DNA of 64,000 bases from Pavona decussata (Eukaryota), in assembly GCA_977016875.1 (NCBI GenBank), contig CDRNST010000275.1:248001-312000 (forward strand). Direction: 5' to 3'. Positions within the stretch are counted from its first letter, which is position 1. Each line of letters begins with the position of its first letter. Under the pieces are notes generated by a model, which saw only the letters and a list, made by a program, of their open reading frames with translations, did not search any database and was not told the DNA's origin. Shown piece after piece: positions 11,901-21,709 of this stretch. A program made the translations under genes and the position numbers.

Positions 11901-14900
11901 TTAGTTTTGAATACCTGTTCCAAAGCCGAGTCGACAAACATGAGAGGGAAAGATTTGTTAAGAATGTCATCATGAAATGGGATTCCCCACCAAACTCTTC
12001 TGTTCTCTCCTACTTGGAAGTGCCCCAGCTTCTTTGGAAAGTGTACACTACCACTGACTGCCCAGCCAAGGTATCTGAGCTGACAGACCGTACACGAGAA
12101 ATTCTCAAGAAAGTGAACGAAAGAGTGGAAAGTTATTGCATCTTGGGAGACGCTTTACAATTGGAGCCTCAGTATAGGAATGAAAGAAGAATTTCATGTT
12201 GCGAGCTTGAATGGCTTGTCTGCCATTCTTCCCTTTCAACTGAAGAGGCAGCTCTTGCATGCAGCCTCATCTTTGGTGAGGTTCTATTCAGTGAGCGACT
12301 TAGATGTTTCACCTTGCCAGTGATCCAAATAGAAGATGTCTGTTTCACGATTGCACCCGAAGAAACAACAACCGCGCAAGTTCCCGGCAGTAACAACGTT
12401 TCAGCACCCACTGCTGCAATGGCATCTGTAGGGAACGAATCTTCTGTCACTGAGTCACAAAATACCAGTTTAACACCAGTGCTTATTGCCCAGAAAATAA
12501 TCCGACACTTAAAACGTATACTCGGGCAAGAAGAAGACCTCACTGAAATTGCAAATTTGCTTTGGAAACTTCTTTTCAGTACATCATCTGGTTGTGCTGA
12601 GTGTGGAACACCTTCTCCCTTTCTTGACGAAAATGTGGAAGTTTTCTTGTCCATATTAGCCGCGACCTCGTCCACAGAAGTTCTCTTATTTTGGGCTAAA
12701 CTAAATAGGCACTACGTTTCCCAGTGCTCAGAAGTTATCTTGAAAGCCTGCAAGAAGATTGATGATGCAGAGGGTGTGACCAAGGAGGCTTGTTTAAGTT
12801 TTCATACTGCGGTTTACAACACAATGGAAGCAATGCGTAGGAAGACACCTACTACCTCATCTGTGTTTCTCGGCATGGTCATTCAACAGCCTGCATGGTG
12901 TTTCCGGCTTGTGAAGCCCCAGCTTAGCCACCTGAGTAACATGTTGGGGAGCCGTTTACCTATTGATGTAACCTTGGCAGTTCTCCGCCTCTTTCAAGTC
13001 AATGTCCAAGCTGGAGTAACAGTTGGAGAGATCGTCTCTTCCTGGTCGTCCACACAGCAGGCAGTGGAACTGGTCAAAAGTGTGGAGTTGTGTTGTCAAG
13101 AAGAAGAAATGTCTTCCTTAAACGCAGCTCAAAGTGAATTTGTCTGGCAACTCGCTGAAGCGTATGGTCGGTTGTACAAGAACTCGTGTAAAGATCTTTT
13201 AGTCAGGTTAAAGGAACTTACTGTATTGTACGACCCAGAGGATGCATATGGCCTCAACCGTTTGCCAAAGTGGCGACAAATGATGATAGCAGACGGCTTT
13301 TCCGTTCATGCGGTTGACTGCTGGTGTATAGCCTTCCTGATGACACCACTTGAGGACCTTACTTCTCGTGATGTCGATGCGATTGTTGATCTAAACTCTC
13401 GCTCTTTGCAACTTGTGCCATCTATTTCTCAAGAAATTAAGACCTGCATTTTTCCTGAGGAAGATTTTAAAGTTATGCGAGGGAAAAGCATCAAGGAATC
13501 ACAAACTAAAGAACGTCTTCGACTAGCGAGGTTGCTGGGCGAGTTCATAAACGTTTTAAAAAAAAGAAAACTCGAAGAAAATCCCAAAGATGCTGTTATC
13601 AGAGAAATAGTTGTCGACGCTTGTGATGAGCTTTGCCGAGCCCACTTAAAGAAAAACAGAAGAAACGATCTCTATATAATCCATGAGCAGAAGCTTAAGG
13701 CTTTATTCACCGAGGTATTTGGCAAGCAGCGTAAAACCCACGATGAAGCAGAGTGTGCTGGCATGCTTAAACAACAAGCAGATGGAGATAAAATAAAAGT
13801 GCCATTGTCTGTTGCAAGACAGTCATCTTACCTACACGAGAATCTTCCACGTGTACTGAACCACCGTGACGTTTATGAACCATTGCTGGTGCTTCTGAGG
13901 CGCTGGTTATCTGGAATTTCCATCAGACCAGTCCTTGCCGCTCATACACGACAGGTTGTCCAGCTGCTATTTTCAATTCACTCTTCTGAAGTGCGAGCTG
14001 TCCAAATAAAGGAATTGCACGGCGCCATTGAAGACCACATTTTATCACTCGAAAACAACCAAGCTCTTATTGCCAATCTGCAAGCTGCGGGATATAACCA
14101 GGGAAGGCAAAGTAGCCTACATCTGTGGTCGTCTCCCTCGGTGGAGTGTGCGGGGTACCTCAGCAAGATAGAGTCTGCTGATAGCAGAAGATTCGAGAAG
14201 AAACTAACGAAGGTCCTAAGACGTCTCTGGAACGAGTGGAAGGACATCCTTTACATGTTTGGTGTTGCGTCCATTAAAGTTAGTGAAGCAATCGTTTGTA
14301 CGAAGGATCTCTTTGGTGTTCAGGATTCCTTGAAGGAGATGGAGGAGCAAATGTCTGCTGTTAAGGAAATGCTCAGTCGCATGCAGTTGAAAAATCCGGA
14401 CCTTGACAGAAGAGTAGAAGAATTGATGCGCCAGGAACAACGACATCGCGCGAGGATTAAAAAACTGTACAAGAGTAAGGAGGTGAGAAATGGCTAGTGA
14501 AAAATCTATTTTATTTCTTACAGCTGTATCTACAATTAGTATAATTATGTCATTTCCCTCAGCCCGGTCATATATTCGTCGTTTGCTGACGATGGCCATT
14601 AAGTAAGCTGTTTTTTTTATCTATTTTATTTAATTCAATAATTATTCAGGGGCATCCAATTTAGCAGAGCAAGTTTAAATGGAGCCCTGACACAGTACAA
14701 GACAAACATTGAAACGTGAAAAAGAAAAAACTAGACAAATAATTAAGTTATACATGCTGCATGTTCGGCAGGCGTTATTGCTTAAGATGGCACTTAAGTT
14801 TAGTTTTAAACTCACTGAACGCCTCTACCTGTCTAATGGTTCTCGGGATGGTGTTGTAAGTTCGAGCGCCAGTTATTCTGAAGCTCCCCTGATACTTAGC

Positions 14901-17900
14901 AGTTTTTGCGAAGGGAGGGCGCAACAAATCACGGCTTCTGGTGTTATAGCCGTGGTAAAGATGCGCGTGCCTAAACTCTGAAAGTAAGTACGAAGGCGCT
15001 ATTCCATGAAGACATTTGTGGACTAAAAGGCATTTGAGATAATTTCTGCGCGCTTGTAGATTGGGCCAACCAAGTGTTGATTTTAACTCCTCAGCCCCGA
15101 CTGATCGACCTTCAATAATGCATGCAGCACGTCTATTTAGCTTACCTAGGTAATCTTTGCTCCCAGCCCCACAACTGTCCCAGACAGGCGAACAGTAATC
15201 AAATAATGGCAAAACTATGGTATTGTAGAGCAGTAGGCAAGTTGGCTTGGGGAGAACCTTACGCGCTCGACGCAGAACACCTAATCTTGACGAGATCTTG
15301 TTACCAATATATTCTATGTGGTCCTTCCAGGATAGAGTGTTGTCTAGAAGGACCCCAAGGTATTTGAACTTATAAACCCTTTCTAAACGCGTGTTACTGA
15401 TTTCAATAACTAGATCGTCAGCCTCTGTGGTCCTCTAATGGGTGCCAACAAGCATAATCTTCGTTTTCTCAAGATTAAGTATCAAAAAGTTTACATAGCA
15501 TTGTATACATAGCATTGAATAGCATTTTACATAGCATTGTATACATTGTATAAAGAAGACTCTGGCAACGCGGAAGATGACAGTTCTAAAATTGGTGTAG
15601 CACACTGCTGCGAGTTGATGACGGTAGTTCGACTGATTAACAGAGTGCGTCTGTGTAAGATTTTAAGTCAAAGTAATTGTTGGTAACCTTATCGTACCTA
15701 CCTTTTCAATTTTATCATTATTTTGAAAACGATCAGGACTTCGTATGATGATCGAAATACACAATATTTCACCGTTGCAGTGTGCGTGCCAATGAATAAG
15801 GGCAGCTACTCTGTTAGGTCTCCTTTTTATATTGAGTCGTTAAGCAATCTTATATTGCACATACAAACTACTTTTGTTACTGTCACACACATAAGATCTT
15901 TACGTTACGTCTTTTTAGTTCATCTTTGCCGGTTTGACGTCCATTTCAGTAGTGGTTTTACCTGATCTTTGGTTCTTACGATGAATCAGCTAGTTGCCCA
16001 ACTCATTATCTGATCCCTCTTTGAACTGTTTAAAACGAAACTGCTTGTTCAGGGGCTTCCCTTTTCTTTCCTTTTCTTTTCAAGTAAAATATACTGCCTC
16101 TTTATTATTCTTTAATTTTTACTGTTTTTAGGTCAGATTTAAAATAGCTTTAATTGAAAGATGTTCCACGCTGTTCGCCCAATTAACATGCCTGTTTATT
16201 CTTGAGGCAGTTCTCCTCATTGCTGGTCTGTCTTCTTTCACTCTAATTAGTAGATTGCAGCCGGCTTTAGTTCTTTTTATTTATAATCGTCATTATCCTT
16301 ATTATTGCAGTCGAAAAGTGAGGATGATGGCGAAGGCGCTGATCAGAATGATGATGACAATGGCACTAAAGAAGAGGTAGAGAAGAAAAGAATGGAGTAT
16401 AACATGTGACTTGATAATGATAATTATTATTTTATACACAATTACTAGGACTAGTGTCGTAGACATAGGTTCACGTGGTAATGAAAATTGTTACAAGAGA
16501 GATTACTTATCTCGTGATGTCAAGAATATTGTGCTATCTTGCCGGGTGGGCTTCTTTAAAAGATCATTAAACTATAACCTCTCATGATTTTCTGAGTAAA
16601 ACTGGGAATGTATTTTAATTAGAATAACCACACCCACAGCATGATCAATAGGAAAATGCATTTTTTTTTCTTTAAATTTTTGTAGGGCCAAGCGCAACAT
16701 GAAAGTGGGAGATCGAAAAGCAAACCGAAAAAGTTTGTAGCCGTATGGGAAAACCGATTTCTGGAAAACGTGAAACTGTGCTCTGAGAGAATTCCAGGTG
16801 AGTTAACATTATAGCACTTCTCTAATTCGGAAGGTATAAGATAAACATGAAGAATCAAATACATGTAGAACAAACACTTGTCGTTTTTTTTTTATTACGT
16901 AAACCAAGATGAAACCATACATAGCAAACATAATTCATGCAGTCGTTTCGAGATTGAGATAAATAATTTTGCTTAATGGCACCGAGGATTGACAGAAAAC
17001 AGTTAACGGATATGCATGCGTAAATGGAAAATCAAGTTTTGTAATTGTTGATTGCGTCTCCGTTTGCAGACATCAGACCTGTTTATCCAAGCATTTAAAT
17101 TCATATATTTCCCTTCTAACGTGTTCTTTAAATCATTTTTGTCTTCAAGGATGCTACGCACCCAATGGTTTTCACTCCGAGAAGCCAGTGCTGTGCGCTC
17201 TGTCAGTGGATAACAGGATTCTGACAGTTTTCAAGGAAGAGCAAAATGGCCGAAGAGAAGAAATTGAAAATGTTGAAGTTAAGCTTTTTGAGGCTGGTAT
17301 GTACGTATATGGACTGCACTCGAGTGGGCATGATTACGTCACTGACGAGCTATGGGCTGCATTCTACAAGATGCTGTTGGATGAAGGATTGGTGCCTAGA
17401 ATTGTTTTGTCCAACGAAAGCCCCGGATTCGACTGGATTAAGGTCTTTGTGAAACCGGGTGAGTGACATTCAGTGGATTCTAAGTGAAAATGTGACAAAA
17501 CATTGTAAACTTTAACAGAAAGAGGTGATCCTCCTGTAAACTGCAGGGAATCCTTTCTAAACTTTGCTCATAAAGATGATTTGCCGGAAGTTATCTTTTT
17601 TCTCGGCGCCAGAACGTTCCACTGTGCACAAAATTTATAGCTCTAATTTGTACCCTAACGGTATTGTTATTTTCAGAGACAAACCATCCGTTTCCCTGGA
17701 AATGGGAGTTCCATCAAGGAATCGTGCCACCGGAGGAAGACTATTTTGACTACTCTCCAATACAAGCTGCCTTGTGGCCTGCCCTACAAGGACTAACCCA
17801 ATTTGTTTCTCTGACGAGCGAGAACGTGGCTAGCTTTCATTTCGACGATTTTCAGGTAATTATTAGACAATGACTTTGGCTTCATTTTAGTGACAAGCCT

Positions 17901-19277
17901 GAGTGTGCCGAGATATTATCATTTTTCAAGCACCATTAATTTGACCATACAGGGTGAATATTGAATTTATGCGTCATCTGCAAGAACCTGATCATGACCT
18001 TTATTCCTTAAACTTCTTCACTACCTCCTCCTAGCTTCCTTGTTAGCAGCAAGAACTATTCAATAGCATTCTCGCTCTGCATTATCCATGATTATAGCGA
18101 ATGATTCCTTTTGTGAAAAAATGTGGTTGCAAACTGTGCAAACTGCAACCTTTTGTTCTATATGGAGTAGCTGGGAAGCAGATATATAGCTATATATGTT
18201 ACCTGATTTACGGGGCAAGTAGAGAAGCGACACTGAACTCTGGTTGTCCTGAAATGTAGGAGAGATTTATTAAACCCCTCGTTTTTAACAAACCATAACT
18301 CGGGAAAGGAAGGCCACTCACCTGATCCAAATGTGTTTATTTTTACTCTTTCTTAAGTGGAGAAACAAGTAATGCTCTTGTTGAAAGGGAAGAGAGCGTT
18401 TGGAGGGTCATCAACCTTGAGCAAAGAATTAACAGTTCGAACAAGAGCATCCTTGAGAATGATGTGTTATTCTAGAACGTGACACAGACATACTCGGAAA
18501 AACGGAAATCTGAGTGCTACTATCAGGAGTCGAACCAGAGACCAGGAGCACTCGGATTTTCTTTTTTTCTGAGTATGCCTGTGTCACTTTCTAGAATAAC
18601 ACATCATTCTCATTCATTCACCAGGCTGGAAATATACCATGACATTTATTCCAAAGAGCATCCTTGTATATAAGTGATACCAACGTTTTACACAACTAAC
18701 GTTTTGATCAAGTGTATCCTTGTGTAAATGATATCACAATACATTTTGTTTGTCCTTTAACCCTGACGTCCGTATAAAACTATTGTGTACGTAGCTTCCC
18801 CCTCAGGTTGCCGAAGCGTCATGTTATCAACAACAGTACGTAAACTAGTCTTCCAAATATCCTGAAGACAACCCAACGATGTCACAATATTAACTACTTG
18901 GCCTGAGATTGGATATTTAGTAATATTTGGCTTCCTTGCTCTCACTTTTCATTTAGGATGTACGTGCTGTCGAGGAGAAAGAAACACGAACAAAACAGAT
19001 GATTGGACGAGCTATTCAGGAACTGACGAGCGAGCTGCGGATGTTGCACGGAAACGAAGAACCAATCAGAAAAGCTCTAGCGGGAAAATTGGCGTTTGCC
19101 GTCAAACAGACGATCAAGAAAATCCTTGATGGAGAGCAAGTCAATGAGGAGACAGTGAAGGAGCTAATTAATATGGAGAAACTCGCCTATGACCATCCTG
19201 AAGTACAGAAGACGCAGGAAAGTCGGAGACAATACGCAGCAGCTGTACTTTACATTTGCAAAAATGCAACACTGTAA
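8948..19277 (+). CDS. Giant uncharacterised protein (about 2173 aa): long alpha-helical N-terminus, C-terminal Cys-containing alpha/beta domain, helical tail. Exons 8948-14482, 16311-16376, 16686-16797, 17150-17458, 17677-17855, 18957-19277
   Basis: The first exon is open for 1845 codons and ends GAG|GTGAGA. All five introns are GT-AG with compatible phases (0,0,1,1,0), giving one continuous 6522-nt frame. The last two exons are conserved in the paralog at 268-2948. Confidence 0.85.
14615..15495 (-). mobile_element. 5'-truncated LINE (CR1/L2-type) 3' fragment in an intron of the giant gene
   Basis: Translation includes LNLEKTKIML...KYLGVLLDNTLSWKDHI...LPLFDYCSPVW...LGWPNL...YNTRSRDLLRPP...FKTKLK, typical of the C-terminal RT region. 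An A-rich tail lies at about 14610-14640. Confidence 0.9.
18455..18653. mobile_element. Foldback tRNA-derived SINE-like element, copy A
   Basis: An inverted arm precedes the forward body. The reverse-complemented B-box GGAGTCGAACC is at 18526-18536. TSD aagagcatccttg is at 18443-18455 and 18654-18666. Same family as 56977-57162. Confidence 0.8.
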
Positions 19278-19564
19278 ATTAATATATCCAATTAGTTTTT
19301 TTAAGGAATTAAGGCTCTCTAGCTTTTTAATCCGGTTTTGGAATCAAAGTTAATGGCACCAACTTACACACGGTAGATACTTTAAAGTACATCGGATTCC
19401 TTATGGACCAAACGCTATATGCGAGTCCTTTTTTCGTATAGCCAATAAAGTTTCGTATGTAAGTCATATTAATTGTTGTAATAAAATATCGTTCGTTTTG
19501 GTAGATACCTGATCAGATGACCTTCAGAGTCGTCACTTAGAAATTCGGATTTAGCCGTTAAGAA

Positions 19565-20226
19565 GATCTACAGTTTTCTTTGCCAAAACTCAGATACAAA
19601 ATTTCGTAACTCCGGAAATAATATTTCCTTCCGTTCTTGAAGGGGCAAATGTGTCCTTAAAATACAAAAAAAGGGTTATTAATTTCGGGGAATACGGTTC
19701 CTTGGCACTGTTGCCTTGGGAGATCAGTGCCAGACATGTTTCATTTGGCAGATGTCCATTTCATTTCTAATTCAGAACCAAAGCACACGCTTCTTTTCCA
19801 GACGCTTCCTTGGCATTGTATTCTTAAAATAAGCCCAATTTTTAGTCTTTATCGACTACCATATGACTTGTTTGTACAAAGTGTGAAATTGTCTCCGATA
19901 TTGTTTGGCCGTGTTTTTAACAATATCGGAGACAATTTCTAACGTTGTACGAACAAGTCATATGGTAGACGATAAAGACTAAAAAGTGTCTGGAAAAGAA
20001 ACGTGTGCTTTGGTTCTGAATTAGACATGAAATGGACATCTGCCAAATGAAACATGTCCGGCACTGATCTCCCAAGGCAACAGTGCCAAGGAACCGTATT
20101 CCCCGACATTAATAACCCTTTTTTTGTATTTTAAGGACAAATTTGCCCCTTCAAGAACGAAAGGATGTATTTTTTCCGGTGTTACGAAATTTTGTATCTG
20201 ACTTTTGGCAAAGAAAACTGTAGATC
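19565..20226. mobile_element. Near-perfect palindrome of about 660 bp (foldback element)
   Basis: gatctacagttttctttgccaaaa...ttttggcaaagaaaactgtagatc, with a loop near 19903-19918 and an indel of about 35 bp between the arms. Confidence 0.9.
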
Positions 20227-20395
20227 AGAGTCGTCACTTAGTAATTCGGATTTAGCCGTTAAGAAGATCTACAGATTCTTGCATTAAATTAAACATGTAC
20301 ATCAACATTGTTTAACATACGTAAAGGTTAGAATAAACACATTATGATCATATACCGGCAACAAAATTGCTATAGATACGATGAGATTTTCGTGA

Positions 20396-20835
20396 TACAC
20401 TCTGTTTTTTTTTATTTTTATAAGAACCTTTTTTATAAGAACGTCGAGGCTGAGATTACCAAACTTTTAAAAAAGTATTAAGAACGTTCCTCAGGCTAAG
20501 GGTCGATCAAGAACGTTTTTATTTTGCTAATCTGTATATAAAATCAAGGTAACAAATGTTAATTAACCAAAATACTTAAGGGCATGTTTTGTATAACATT
20601 AACATCTCGGTTTGTCATAATCAGCAGTTCTCGATACCATATCTCAGCAGACAATTAACTTTCATAGGCTTTCTGGTCACGTCTGCATTGATTTACTGAA
20701 ATACATGTAGTGTGTACCATGTAATTTAAGAACATCTTAAGAACGTTTTCAGCCTCAAATCGGAATAAAATATAAGAACGTTCAGCCTCACATCCAAAAT
20801 TAGACGTTCCTATAAAAAAAAAAAAACAGAGTGTA
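20396..20835. mobile_element. Tc1/mariner-like MITE (TA TSD)
   Basis: TA|CACTCTGTTTTTTT...AAAAAAACAGAGTG|TA, with internal TAAGAACGTT repeats. Confidence 0.8.
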
Positions 20836-21395
20836 TATCATACCGCAGGTCAACAGACGCATAGTGTGACAAGTGAAAAGCGTGACCGTTTCTTAATTAT
20901 ACAATAGAATTTGCGAATTGCAAAGGGTTGTAAATCTGATTTTCATGAAATTTTCCAGTTTTATGTTCATACAAACCTTGATGTATGTGTACAATCTTGA
21001 TGTATACAAGTCATACTTATCTCGATGTACATAAAGAATTCTTAATGTAAATGTACTCGCACGATTCTTTACGTGGACGGGGTGAATCTTGATTTATATG
21101 AATAAGGGTTGTTTATCTGTACGAATCTTATTGTTTTGTCCGTTTTTGACAAGGGTAAGTATCAGATATCTCTCGGGAGATAGTTTTTTTTAAGAGGAAA
21201 TACTGTTTTATTCTAAAACTGAAATTTCGGAAATTCTAACCGGAAACGGTGTTGCCCCCATTTAATTTTAATCCAACAACTTTCGTTAGGAGCATCGAAG
21301 AAAAACAACGATTTCAGGTGAGATTTTTCTCAAAAAATTTCAAACGCCAGTTTTACCAGGCCCTTAAAAACTCATGTGTCCAGCGCTTGTGCCCA

Positions 21396-21632
21396 AGGTC
21401 CCGTTTCTCGAAAGTCCCGGTAACTTACAGGGCCCGATAAGTGTCTTTGGTGATAAATGTTTCTTAACAGAAGTCAATTTTTGTTAGTTTTGTATACTAA
21501 ATTTTAAAATCTTATAATTCTATGAAAACATTGGCCAAATACCATGTCTGCAATCAATGTGTAAAAAACATTTCAAAAGATACAAGTTTATCGTGCCCGG
21601 TAGTTACCGGGACTTTCGAGAAACGGGCTCCT
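21396..21632. mobile_element. MITE with TIRs of about 30 bp, immediately upstream of the NERD-helicase ORF
   Basis: ggtcccgtttctcgaaagtcccggtaact ... agttaccgggactttcgagaaacgggctcc. Confidence 0.85.
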
Positions 21633-21709
21633 CAGGCCCCACAAGCAAAGAGGATCGGGCGGCCCTGGGGACGAGCTACACGATAACGATAGTGAAAGAC
21701 GAAGTGGCA

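Noticed and set aside
8876-14497. The 1873-aa ORF as a complete single-exon gene
   Set aside because: It starts at a TTG upstream of a splice acceptor (8890), and its stop lies 15 nt inside an intron. The real start is probably ATG 8948 and the frame continues through five more exons.
9171-14599. Several antisense ORFs (up to 184 aa) within the giant exon
   Set aside because: They are shadow ORFs opposite a long coding exon and carry no recognisable motifs.
15494-15552. CATAGCATTG micro-repeats
   Set aside because: They sit at the 5' truncation point of the LINE and are best explained as insertion filler or slippage.
18800-18890. Possible additional hammerhead-bearing repeat (caggttgccgaagcgtca...caacaacagt)
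   Set aside because: It is too degenerate; no CUGAnGA box or intact stems could be read.
21150-21320. IRF/NF-kB-like motifs (AAAACTGAAA, GGAAATTC) upstream of the NERD-helicase
   Set aside because: These are imperfect short matches in AT-rich DNA and cannot be supported without conservation or binding data.
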